IMG/VR virus record: IMGVR_UViG_3300034072_001021
Span: 62,001 to 126,000 of that record
DNA: 64,000 nt
Reading direction: 5' to 3' (one strand)
Below the pieces are notes generated by a model that did not search any database, was not told where the DNA came from, and saw nothing but the letters and a program-made list of their open reading frames with translations. This document shows, piece after piece, positions 9,007 through 18,200 of the stretch (within the stretch, counting starts at the first letter, position 1; every line of letters starts with the position of its first letter). The position numbers and the translations under genes were made by a program.

Positions 9007-10161
9007 TTAACTCACTACGGGAATCTGGAAGGTTTCCCGAGGGCGACGCATTTCGAACGGGAACTTCCTGCCATGGTCGTTGTGGTGTACGACGTTGACA
9101 CGATACTGACCGTTATCTTGCTCTTGCGGGGATGCTTGAGTAGCAGCCACATCCAGCCACTTGGCCATGTACGGTAGCGGCATGTCCAACGGTGCCTTGA
9201 AGTCAACAGGACGTTCCAGAACGTCCATGGCATCTGCACAGTTGAAGTTGATGTAGGAACCGATCTCATCCCAACCCACGCCAGGTACCTTGGAACCAGA
9301 ATCACGTTGGAAATTACGCCAGCGCATTTCCGATGCACGTACCTCGAGCATCATGTCGTCGATGGTCTCGCGATTGGCTTTCCAGCAGGCCCGACCACGA
9401 GCAGTGGACATCTCGTACTGGATCACGTATTTACCGACGTTCACATGGATCTCGGACTCGTCTTGCGCAATACGCTGAACGGCCTTACAGATCGGCATGT
9501 AATCGCCGGTCATGGCGATGGCACCAGTCACAGCGAACGAGCCCATGAAGTGTACACGCTCGAGCAGGAACAGAGCGACAGTGAACATGAAAGCAGCCGC
9601 GTAGGCTTCTTCCGAGTTACGGTCGATCAGACCCAGCGATACCTTCAGGCCAGTGCGGTACGAATGACCCATGACACGAGCCACGGTTTCCATGCGGGAC
9701 ATGGATTCCTTGATCGCCAGTACCTGGTTAAGTACCTGGTTGGGTGCATCGAAGCTGTAGCGTACGATCTCGGAGTACGTGGTGGCATGCAGGTTCTCAT
9801 TGGCAACGATCTGATCCCACAATACCTTCAGCGCCGGATTGGTCACGAAGTTGTTACCTACAGCCATGATGCTGTTGGCAGCAATTGTGTCACCTTCCCA
9901 TTGCCAACCGAGATTCTGGATCATGGCCTGAGCAATCATGGGATCGCCGGTCTTGAACTCGATCAGACAGGGACTGAAGTCGAACTCGTTGGTATCCCAG
10001 TCAAGGCCACGCAACGAACGCCACATGCTCCATAGCTTGGGATGTGGGTCGTTCACGGTGTCCAGTAGACCACGGGGCTCACCCAGGAACAACCGCGAAT
10101 CGCCATAATCACCTTTATCGGTGTTGAAGATGGCATTGTCGATAACAGCCATTTCCGTCAT
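9007..10161 (-). CDS. nrdB: ribonucleotide reductase class Ia beta subunit
   Basis: Di-iron and tyrosyl-radical motifs ENLHATTY, LERVHFMGSF, DESEIH; adjacent to nrdA. Confidence 0.95.
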   Translation of the reverse strand: MTEMAVIDNAIFNTDKGDYGDSRLFLGEPRGLLDTVNDPHPKLWSMWRSLRGLDWDTNEFDFSPCLIEFKTGDPMIAQAMIQNLGWQWEGDTIAANSIMAVGNNFVTNPALKVLWDQIVANENLHATTYSEIVRYSFDAPNQVLNQVLAIKESMSRMETVARVMGHSYRTGLKVSLGLIDRNSEEAYAAAFMFTVALFLLERVHFMGSFAVTGAIAMTGDYMPICKAVQRIAQDESEIHVNVGKYVIQYEMSTARGRACWKANRETIDDMMLEVRASEMRWRNFQRDSGSKVPGVGWDEIGSYINFNCADAMDVLERPVDFKAPLDMPLPYMAKWLDVAATQASPQEQDNGQYRVNVVHHNDHGRKFPFEMRRPRETFQIPVVS

Positions 10162-10215
10162 ACTTCATATTTCCGAATGAGAGAGTGAAGCGGGCACATT
10201 AGTACCCGCTGTTCG

Positions 10216-12714
10216 TCAGATTGAGCAACCGCCACTGGTACAGGCCGGACCAGAGGTGTCCAGGCCATCATCTTCAGCCACGTCACGACGCACACGCGTC
10301 ATCACAGCTGCCAGCGCCTCACGGTCAGAAGTCTCGGAGTTGGTGTAGTACAGAGACTTACGGCCCATCTGCGCCATGTAGTTGGTCTCTTCGATCAGAT
10401 CGGACGAATCGATCTTTTCGTCGCCTTCAAACGTGGCGTAGTCGTCAGCACTGATGGATTGATCAGCCCACTTCTGGAAGATGGCGTAGGTGTCGGTGTG
10501 TTGCTTCCGAGTACGCTTCCAGGCAATGGAATACCACTCCTTCAGGGTGTCAGCTTCCGGAGCCACCCAGTACATGGTGTTATCACCGTCGGTCTTGATG
10601 ATCGAGATGTAACGCAGGTCCATGAGGCTGTTGGTGCAGGCGCTGTACTTGGACGACGACTCACCCGGCATGTGTGCGATCAGCGAGCTGAAACGACCAC
10701 CGCCTTGTTGAATGAGACGTTGACTTACATCGTGCCAATCGTACTGGTTAACGAACGGTGCCAGCGTGTCCACGTTCTTGTTGTAGGTGGATTGAGGAGT
10801 CCATCCACGTGGCCAGTTGGTCTTGTGAATCCACTCAGCATTGCCACGCTCTTGGCCCAGGCGGATGGAAGCATTGATCAGGTGATAAGCATGACGCTCA
10901 GCCACCCGGTGCAGTTCCATCATCCCTTCTTGAGAGGTGTACGACAGCTTACGCTGCGCCATGTAGTGAGCGATGTCCATCAGACCGACACCCGCATTGC
11001 GGCGCGCTTGAGCAGTGAGCTTCATGTGCGGCAGTGCGTAGTGGTTGTGGTCGATACAGAAATCGATCATGTACAGCGCGTTGTAGGCGGTCTCGGCGTA
11101 CTGTTCTTCGCTGTGGACGTTCGTGGGTATGATCGCTGCAAGTGCGCAAAGAGAAACTTCAGGTTCCTGACGTTTGTCAGTGACCTCAACTACACGTGAC
11201 CACTCATCATCGCCTTCTTTGCGATCTTGAGGAGCACGGCGGAACATGACACCGGGCTTGAGTTCCAGAGCCGCTACACAGCCCGGAATGCCCTTGACTT
11301 CAACCGGCACGTTGGAGTCCAAGAACATGCCCTTCTTGGATTCGGTATCGAACTTGATGTAGCCCAGGAACTTCTCGCTGTAGAGTTCGATCGCATGACC
11401 ATACGGTGCGGTCGGCTGAGTGATCTCGACACACAGGTTCGACGACAGGATCGGGTCACGATGCGGGGTGTGGTAGTTCACCTCATCGATCAGAAGCATG
11501 TAGAAGCGACCGGTCTCGAAACCTTCAGAACGAGCATTGACAACCAGTTGACGAGCAGACATCCACTTCTTCTTGAAGGAATCGTCGTTCTCGTATTTCT
11601 GATATAGTTCAATGAACTCATCGGGATCTTTGCCGTACAGTGCGCGATAGAGATCCGGCGCAGTATAGCAGTTAAAGAGGAAGATCTTCTCATCTGCAGC
11701 CGACTTGGCGAGTAGCCAGCTATTGAGCATCATGGTGTAATCGATGCTGCGATTGCGCTTATTGATTGGAGTGCGCGGGTTCTTGAGAACCATGATGTCG
11801 GCGACTTCCGGATCATAGGCGCTGAAGAACTCGTTCAGGCTACCGCCGCGATTGCCTTGTTTGTTCGACTTGACAATACCGGTCTGTTTGGTGTAGTAGG
11901 GTGTTTTGCCCTGGTGAATAACACGACCGTTATCAATGGGATCGCCCAGCGAACGCACCATCATGTTCTCACCGAGGCCGGCGGACATATAGGTCATCAC
12001 TTCAGCGATGTTGGTAGATGCGTTGATCGAATCACGATCATCAGAGCATGTGAACAGACAGCAGGAGAAGAAGCCGTTGTGACCAGTACCGAAGTTGTTG
12101 TGGTTCGGTGTGGGTGCGGACAGACGCTCGCTGTACAGATCCTCGTAGATCGACTTCAGACGAGCCATACGAGTGGTTTTCTCGTGAGGCTCACACATGA
12201 CCATAGCTACACGTGCCAACGCGTGCTGACGGGTCTCGTAGACCTTGCCAGTGATACGGTTACGCATCGCGTACTTGTCACGACCTTGCTTCAGCTGATA
12301 GTGAGCGCAGTGGAAGTCACGCTCATGATCCACCCACTTCTCGATCTCGTCGTATTCTTCGTCGGTGTAGTCAAGACGAACCATCACACCGGCATCGATC
12401 ATGGCAGTGTGGACTTCTTTCAGGGGACGACGCTTCTTACCACCGAACACTTCTTTGTGGATCTGCGCTGCGTAGATACGGCCAGCCATGAGCTGACCAG
12501 CCCAGGTGTCTTCATTCAGTGCATTCTGGATCAGGCCGTCATTGAAGTCCTTGGCATGGCAACGCTCGGGCATCTGGGCCACGGTGGTGACGACGATGCT
12601 TTGCCAGTCAATGTACTTCTTGAAACCACGTGCGCCCCACTCACCCCAACCGAGGGCTTTGCTGGCTTGGAATGGCACGATGCGACCGTCGCGTTTGATG
12701 AATTCTTTGATCAT
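10216..12714 (-). CDS. nrdA: ribonucleotide reductase class Ia alpha subunit
   Basis: N-terminal IKRDG ATP-cone-like start, FSCC, SNLCVEI active site, RRNAGVG, SLYY tyrosine pair, C-terminal CTSGGC redox pair. Confidence 0.95.
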   Translation of the reverse strand: MIKEFIKRDGRIVPFQASKALGWGEWGARGFKKYIDWQSIVVTTVAQMPERCHAKDFNDGLIQNALNEDTWAGQLMAGRIYAAQIHKEVFGGKKRRPLKEVHTAMIDAGVMVRLDYTDEEYDEIEKWVDHERDFHCAHYQLKQGRDKYAMRNRITGKVYETRQHALARVAMVMCEPHEKTTRMARLKSIYEDLYSERLSAPTPNHNNFGTGHNGFFSCCLFTCSDDRDSINASTNIAEVMTYMSAGLGENMMVRSLGDPIDNGRVIHQGKTPYYTKQTGIVKSNKQGNRGGSLNEFFSAYDPEVADIMVLKNPRTPINKRNRSIDYTMMLNSWLLAKSAADEKIFLFNCYTAPDLYRALYGKDPDEFIELYQKYENDDSFKKKWMSARQLVVNARSEGFETGRFYMLLIDEVNYHTPHRDPILSSNLCVEITQPTAPYGHAIELYSEKFLGYIKFDTESKKGMFLDSNVPVEVKGIPGCVAALELKPGVMFRRAPQDRKEGDDEWSRVVEVTDKRQEPEVSLCALAAIIPTNVHSEEQYAETAYNALYMIDFCIDHNHYALPHMKLTAQARRNAGVGLMDIAHYMAQRKLSYTSQEGMMELHRVAERHAYHLINASIRLGQERGNAEWIHKTNWPRGWTPQSTYNKNVDTLAPFVNQYDWHDVSQRLIQQGGGRFSSLIAHMPGESSSKYSACTNSLMDLRYISIIKTDGDNTMYWVAPEADTLKEWYSIAWKRTRKQHTDTYAIFQKWADQSISADDYATFEGDEKIDSSDLIEETNYMAQMGRKSLYYTNSETSDREALAAVMTRVRRDVAEDDGLDTSGPACTSGGCSI

Positions 12715-12822
12715 TGATGGATGCCTTACCAGGTAATTTCGAGACTAAGAATCTGGATGTTTTAGCCCTCTGTGCATAAAGTATCAGGGGTCAATTATTT
12801 TTGTAAATTGAACTCTTATTTA

Positions 12823-12831
12823 ACAATACAT
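12823..12831 (+). promoter_or_regulatory. ACAATACAT promoter-like element
   Basis: Same core recurs in intergenic DNA at 24462, 42060 and 43230. Confidence 0.45.
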
Positions 12832-12906
12832 AATGACGTTGATACCACGTTAAATAAAACCAAAGTATCCAAAACTATGGTGTCTAAGATAGACTAAGGG
12901 GGCAAT

Positions 12907-13275
12907 ATGGAAGGTATTACGGTTCACAAACTCAACGAGAAACTGGTAGTCAGCTTGTATGAGCTGCCTGGGTTCAAGCGTATGGGTGGTTGTGTGATCC
13001 GTGGTGAGGACGGTATGCGTACAGGCAATGTGAATGTCTACTATGCTGGGTCGTTCTTCCAATCTAAGTTGCAACCGGGGGATCGCGATAAAGCGATTAA
13101 AGCAGCCATGCGGTTGGCTCAGAACTTTGCTGTAAAGCAAGGCATCGGTCGCTACGCAACTCGACTCAATCTAACGTCAGAGTTGCGCAAAGACCCACAT
13201 CGAATTCCAGGTGTTAAGAAGGGGCAAGTTAATGTTCAAGACAAAGGCGCAGAAGCGGCGACTTGCTCAACTTGA
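12907..13275 (+). CDS. hypothetical protein
   Basis: AAGGGGG RBS; first gene of a divergent + strand cluster. Confidence 0.65.
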   Translation: MEGITVHKLNEKLVVSLYELPGFKRMGGCVIRGEDGMRTGNVNVYYAGSFFQSKLQPGDRDKAIKAAMRLAQNFAVKQGIGRYATRLNLTSELRKDPHRIPGVKKGQVNVQDKGAEAATCST

Positions 13276-13555
13276 TGAGCTAGTTGATCTGGTCATCAAA
13301 ATCACCGATGGGATCAAGGAGCATCGGTTCGAGACGGCTAGTGATGAAGAGTTCATGAGTCTTCATGGCGAATACACGTCCAAGCTCGATATATTAGCTG
13401 ACGAGATAATTCGGATGAATCCGATCAAGGCGTGGTTCTACACCGACTCTATGATCTCCCAGTTGATGAAAATCAAGGCATACAACCACATCATCGTCAT
13501 TTGGACGGGAGATGATTTCCAGAAACGTCTCCTGGTCAACCTTAACCAACAGTGA
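13232..13555 (+). CDS. hypothetical protein
   Basis: AAGGGG RBS before ATG 13232; overlaps the previous gene and ends just before dcd. Confidence 0.6.
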   Translation: MFKTKAQKRRLAQLDELVDLVIKITDGIKEHRFETASDEEFMSLHGEYTSKLDILADEIIRMNPIKAWFYTDSMISQLMKIKAYNHIIVIWTGDDFQKRLLVNLNQQ

Positions 13556-13562
13556 GTAAATC

Positions 13563-14384
13563 ATGGCAGTTAAAAGCGATCGCTGGATCATTCATCAGTG
13601 CACCAAACCTACCCACCAGATCTATGATCGCATGGGGATGCCTCAGGGATTGATCTCTCCACCGTACAGTAAGGAAGAACAAGAACTCATCAACAACTGG
13701 TGTGATGAGAACCAGCGTGACATTTACGGCAACAAACCGTACGCCGTGCCATTGCCGGAAGATGCCCTTCCTGACTGGAAGCCAATGATTGAAGGTTTCT
13801 TCGATCGTCCTGTACGGTACGTCGAGAAGACCAACGGTCTGCCAATAGATCTCCACGACGGTGTAGACCCGACCGGTGTTCTGCGCAAGGTCATCTCGTA
13901 CGGCACGTCGTCGTACGGATACGATGTTCGTCTGGCTGCTGATCCAACCCACATCAAAGTCTTCACCAACGTACATGAGCCGGAGATCGATCCGAAGCGC
14001 ATGAAGGAAACCAACTTCGGCACTCCCGCCATCCATGTGGATGAAGACGGCGCTCGATTCGTTTGGATTCCAGCCCACAGCTACATCCAGGGCCCGACGG
14101 TCGAGTACTTCCGTATCCCGCGTGACATCCTCGTGATCGTCCTCGGCAAGAGCACGTACGCACGTTCTGCTCTGATCTGTAATGTCACTCCCATCGAGCC
14201 AGAGTTCGAAGGTCATGTAGTGATAGAAGTCGCTAACGTGACCAGCAGTCCTGTACGGTGTTACTTAGACGAGGGCATTGCCCAATTCGTCTTCTTCCAA
14301 GGGGATGAAGAGTGCTTGCGTTCGTACAAAGACAAAGGCGGCAAGTACATGTACCAAACAGGCTTAACTCTTGCGAGGGTGTGA
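13563..14384 (+). CDS. dcd: dCTP deaminase
   Basis: SDRWI start, ISYGTSSYGYDVRL, VEYFRIP, GKSTYARS, NVTPIEPEFEG, EGIAQFVF motifs. Confidence 0.92.
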   Translation: MAVKSDRWIIHQCTKPTHQIYDRMGMPQGLISPPYSKEEQELINNWCDENQRDIYGNKPYAVPLPEDALPDWKPMIEGFFDRPVRYVEKTNGLPIDLHDGVDPTGVLRKVISYGTSSYGYDVRLAADPTHIKVFTNVHEPEIDPKRMKETNFGTPAIHVDEDGARFVWIPAHSYIQGPTVEYFRIPRDILVIVLGKSTYARSALICNVTPIEPEFEGHVVIEVANVTSSPVRCYLDEGIAQFVFFQGDEECLRSYKDKGGKYMYQTGLTLARV

Positions 14385-15094
14385 TGGGAGAAAAGACAGA
14401 CGTCCAAATGACCGGCTTTGTCCCGGTCAAAGGAGAGCCCCTCTGCGGGGCGTATGAGCTTAGACATACCGCGTCTGGTAAGGTCTACTACGGATCGACT
14501 GGAGACATCGAGCGTCGTCGTAGAGAACATCTCAATAGCTTGCGGCGAGGAGATCACCACAATCATGCTCTTCAAGGTTTGGTCAACGAAAATCCCGAGA
14601 TTGAATTGGTGTTCCATCGGACAGATTCCATAGAGTCGGCCAGAGCGATCGAGCAAGGTCATATTGGCTCGGAGGCTGGCCTTAACGTGGCTATAGATGC
14701 CGTAACTAGCGTCAATGGACTCATGGCAATCCCAGATGTTGTCAAGCGTCATTCTGAAAAGCTAATAGGCAACACTAACGCAAAAGGATCTAAGCACTCT
14801 GAAGAATGGAAGGCTAAGAAATCCGAATCCATGAAGGGCAATACTAACTTGCTCGGTCATAGGCACAGCGAGGAGACACGCCGCCAATACTCAGAGGTCA
14901 GGAAGGGTCGTGTCAATGATCCTGACCATGTCGCCAGATCTGCTGAAGGGCGTACCAGAGAAAGAGTAGTTATCGATGGCGAAACCTACCAAAATGCGGC
15001 TGCCGCAGGTAAAGCTGTAGGAATGACCGCCGGCGGTGTTAAGAAACGCTGTCGATCCGATAAATTTCCAAATTGGAGTCTTGTTCCGAAATGA
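14384..15094 (+). mobile_element. free-standing GIY-YIG homing endonuclease with NUMOD3 repeats and C-terminal HTH
   Basis: GAY...YYGST variant of GIY-YIG, RRREH, catalytic E (AIEQ), GLN; HSEEWKAKKSES and HSEETRRQYSE repeats; TGATG-coupled to dcd; flanked by a duplicated dcd 3' end. Confidence 0.85.
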
Positions 15095-15255
15095 TCGAAG
15101 TAGCCAACGTGACGAACAGTCCGGTGCGCTGCTACTTGGATGAGGGTATTGCTCAATTCGTCTTCCTGCAGGGTGACGAAGAGTGCCTGCGCTCCTACAA
15201 GGACAAGATGGGCAAATATCAAGGCCAACGCGGTCTCACACTGGCAAAGGTGTAA
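15091..15255 (+). pseudogene. dcd: orphaned second copy of the dcd 3' end (54 codons)
   Basis: 46/54 aa identical to the dcd C-terminus at 14220-14384; both copies are 165 nt; keeps the KYQGQ motif. Confidence 0.85.
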
Positions 15256-15257
15256 TC

Positions 15258-15467
15258 ATGCGTAAATCGTCACAGTACCCTGGCCTGCATCACGCAGACC
15301 AACTGATTGCCGAAGGTAATGACAATCAGCGGCAGGTAATGATCGAGGGTAAGCCGCGCTGGGTTGCGTGTCGGCCAGAAGGTTATCCATCGTTGCGTAA
15401 TCGTTTCCGCATGGCCTGGAAAGTTTTCACTGGAAAAGCGGATGCGCTTGTATGGGAGCAGCAATGA
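15258..15467 (+). CDS. conserved small phage hypothetical protein
   Basis: AAAGGTG RBS; W..CRP...RF..AWKVFTGKADAL pattern; ATGA-coupled to the next gene. Confidence 0.65.
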   Translation: MRKSSQYPGLHHADQLIAEGNDNQRQVMIEGKPRWVACRPEGYPSLRNRFRMAWKVFTGKADALVWEQQ

Positions 15468-15883
15468 GCAAACAACGTAAGAAGCAATCAGTACAAGCTA
15501 CTGTGTGCCTGAGTCACAACCTGCACGCCTCCGGGCGGGTTTATCCAGAGGTCTTTCAGAAGCTTGCCGAGAAGGCCGCTAAAGAAGGTCTTCTGGTCGA
15601 GTTTGGTACGCCTCGGCTTCCCGAGACTGCTCATGCCAACGAGCGTCTCGATCGTTACCGTCATGTCGATAGAAGTCGCGTGTGCGCACGCATTACCGAC
15701 ATCTGGACTGAAGGCGATCAGGTCGTGATGGGCAAGATTCAGACCGAAGGCCCGATGGCTCAGTTCGTTGAGAACGCCATCAATAGCAACGGCGGCGATA
15801 ACCTTCGTTTCAGTGTCCGCAGTATGGTCAAGGGTAACAACGAGATCGAGCTGTTCACGTACGACCTCGTCAATTACGGTTGA
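15464..15883 (+). CDS. prohead-protease-fold protein (T4 gp21/phiKZ gp175-like), probably inactive
   Basis: GRVYP, VEFGTP, RVCARI, EGP, FSVRS and TYDLV appear in the order of the prohead protease motifs. Confidence 0.6.
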   Translation: MSKQRKKQSVQATVCLSHNLHASGRVYPEVFQKLAEKAAKEGLLVEFGTPRLPETAHANERLDRYRHVDRSRVCARITDIWTEGDQVVMGKIQTEGPMAQFVENAINSNGGDNLRFSVRSMVKGNNEIELFTYDLVNYG

Positions 15884-15888
15884 TCGTG

Positions 15889-16131
15889 ATGGACGGCTAT
15901 TTCGTCTTCATGAACGTAATGGCATGTGTCCTTGCGGCGTCCATCGTCGCAAGGCATCACGTCAGTGAGTACAAGGAGATCCACGCTAGGTGTCCTGTGT
16001 TTACTCGAGGCGAATACGTCTACGACTCAGTCGATGGATTTATAATCCAGACGTTAGCCTTAGCGATCCTATTCTGCATCAGCCTGTCTCTTCTCAGGCT
16101 GGCAATCCCCATCTATCTGTTCGGAGAGTGA
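15889..16131 (+). CDS. small membrane protein
   Basis: Two hydrophobic segments; operonic position. Confidence 0.55.
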   Translation: MDGYFVFMNVMACVLAASIVARHHVSEYKEIHARCPVFTRGEYVYDSVDGFIIQTLALAILFCISLSLLRLAIPIYLFGE

Positions 16132-16132
16132 T

Positions 16133-17074
16133 GTGAGCAAACATTCCATGGCTGTGGTCTATCACGGCAATTGCAATGATGGTACAGCTTCTGCATGGGC
16201 GGCATGGAAGATACTCGGTCCTGAAGCCGAGTACATTGCATGGCGTTACGGTGATCCAGTTCCACAAGTCGATGGGATGGTTGTTTTCGTTGTCGACATC
16301 TCTCCCAAACCCGAAGAAGTCGAACAACTCCGTGCATCGGCTAAGGCAGTGGTCATCGTAGATCACCATGATTCTAGCCTGCGCAAGATCAGTGATCTGC
16401 CTCGGGTAGACAAGTACTCGGACTTCATGAAGATCGTCGACAAGTATGACGGAATCGAGGCTCCGGTATACCTGATGATGGACATCGAGCGATCAGGCGC
16501 CATTCTGTCGTGGTTGTTCTTCAATGATCATGGTCTGGAATACACAGGTCCTGTCCCTACAGCGCTGACACTGATCGACGACTACGATCGCTTCACCAAG
16601 AAGTATCCCGAGACTGCTGCGTTCAACGCCTGGCTGGCTGGCTCCGGACGTTACATCGATAACTTCGATCGTCACGTCAACGAAGACGGCACACCCAAAT
16701 ACACAGCACTGTCGGCTGGCAAGTTGCTAGTCAAACAACTGCAACGGCAAGTGAATGACATCATTCGCAACTACGTACGTCGGGTGGAATGGCGTGGTTA
16801 TAAGGTTGCTCTTGTAAACGCACCGTTCACCATTCGAAATGAAGTGGCGGATGAACTGAACCAAACCACCGATGTCGACTTTGTGCTGGTTTACAGCATC
16901 CGGTCTGACAAAGTGGTGTTCAGTGCACGTGGCAAGGACAAAAAGATCAATCTCAGTATCCTCGCTGAAGAGTTTGGTGGTGGTGGTCACGAAGACGCTG
17001 CTGCATTCTCCATTCCGCTGGATAACCTGTCCCTGATGTTTGCGTTGGGGATTGCTAAAACAACAACTTTCTAA
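16133..17074 (+). CDS. DHH/DHHA1 phosphoesterase (NrnB/nanoRNase-like)
   Basis: YHGNCNDG, VDIS, IVDHH, SGAILSW, DDYD and GGGGHEDAAAF motifs. Confidence 0.88.
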   Translation: MSKHSMAVVYHGNCNDGTASAWAAWKILGPEAEYIAWRYGDPVPQVDGMVVFVVDISPKPEEVEQLRASAKAVVIVDHHDSSLRKISDLPRVDKYSDFMKIVDKYDGIEAPVYLMMDIERSGAILSWLFFNDHGLEYTGPVPTALTLIDDYDRFTKKYPETAAFNAWLAGSGRYIDNFDRHVNEDGTPKYTALSAGKLLVKQLQRQVNDIIRNYVRRVEWRGYKVALVNAPFTIRNEVADELNQTTDVDFVLVYSIRSDKVVFSARGKDKKINLSILAEEFGGGGHEDAAAFSIPLDNLSLMFALGIAKTTTF

Positions 17075-17080
17075 ATAAAC

Positions 17081-17104
17081 GAGAGACTGCGCAAGCAGTC
17101 TCTC
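17081..17104. terminator. terminator-like hairpin
   Basis: GAGAGACTGC-GCAA-GCAGTCTCTC. Confidence 0.55.
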
Positions 17105-17116
17105 TATGGGGGCGCT

Positions 17117-17326
17117 ATGACCGATAACCATTTGTTGATAGTGGCAGCAATTGTGATGGCAGCAGTAGCGGAGTTCATCGCTCCGTTTGTACTGGTGGCG
17201 GTTGGTTGGCATAACCGCATCCCCAGTCCGTTTGTGCGCTTGTTCGTCACCTGGCCATTGGGTTCGCTTGTTCTGTACGCGATTCTTTATATTGCGTACT
17301 CTATGTTCTTCCACAAATCCCCGTAA
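17117..17326 (+). CDS. small membrane protein
   Basis: Two long hydrophobic stretches. Confidence 0.55.
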   Translation: MTDNHLLIVAAIVMAAVAEFIAPFVLVAVGWHNRIPSPFVRLFVTWPLGSLVLYAILYIAYSMFFHKSP

Positions 17327-17380
17327 TTAAATACGACAGGGCACATGCCCTGTCGCCTATGTCCGCTGTGAGGAAATAAC

Positions 17381-18190
17381 ATGAAAAAGATTATCTGTTC
17401 CATCCTGCTCTCTCTGGCTGCTGTTTTCCAAATGTCGGCCATGGCACTCCAGTACGATCGGGGATCTTTCCCTGACGAACTGAGCATGGAAGGTCTGCCC
17501 GAAGCCATCCCTTGCAAGATGAACAAGGTGGCCGTCACCGGCGGGCCCGATGTAGACGTGCTGCTGTGTACCTGGATGGCCATGCCGCGCCAAATCACGG
17601 AATGGATACCAGACGAAGGTCGTCACGTAACCTACTTTAACCGCAGGCAGGCTGTATGTCGTAAAGGTGTATGTCGAGTGAAAGGGAAAGAGGTCGGCAC
17701 TCATCCGGAAGATGTAACTCTTCTGCTGTCGCTCTGGTACTACATCGGGCAGAGCACCGATGGCAAGCCCGTAGCCTATCGTTTCGGCGCAGGCCCGAAT
17801 GCAGGCATGAATGCAGTCAGCTACGTCCAGGCCGGACAGATGCTAGTGGAATTCTACGAGAACTCCGGTATCGACCATGAATTGGCCATTATGAACGAGC
17901 TGGAATTGCACTACATCGGTGGTAGCAAGCAGTTCCAAGCGGATCTTGCTGGTGGTCAGCCTGCAGCTCAGGTTGCCAGCTTCGGCGAGATCAAGGAAGC
18001 CTGGTGCAATCCTCGTCTGGACGATTCCTGCTCTATCAATGGTAATCCGGTACCGAAAGCAGATCTGCCCAAGTACCTGCCGCTGCTCGATCCGTCTGTA
18101 GTCGAAAGCAACGGTGGTTCGTGCGAATACCCGATCTGCTACGATAGTAACTACAAGCCGATCGGCGTTAGCAAACTCAGCTACAAGTAA
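17381..18190 (+). CDS. secreted Cys-rich protein
   Basis: GAGGA RBS; MKKIICSILLSLAAVFQMSAMA Sec signal peptide; several probable disulfide Cys. Confidence 0.7.
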   Translation: MKKIICSILLSLAAVFQMSAMALQYDRGSFPDELSMEGLPEAIPCKMNKVAVTGGPDVDVLLCTWMAMPRQITEWIPDEGRHVTYFNRRQAVCRKGVCRVKGKEVGTHPEDVTLLLSLWYYIGQSTDGKPVAYRFGAGPNAGMNAVSYVQAGQMLVEFYENSGIDHELAIMNELELHYIGGSKQFQADLAGGQPAAQVASFGEIKEAWCNPRLDDSCSINGNPVPKADLPKYLPLLDPSVVESNGGSCEYPICYDSNYKPIGVSKLSYK

Positions 18191-18200
18191 GGGGGTGTGG

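Noticed and set aside
11148-11433. Functional intein in nrdA
   Set aside because: No N-terminal Cys/Ser junction, TxxH block or terminal His-Asn; kept only as a remnant hypothesis.
14384-15094. Group I intron in dcd
   Set aside because: dcd is already complete before the endonuclease, the ORFs abut with no room for intron core helices, and no P7-like elements were seen.
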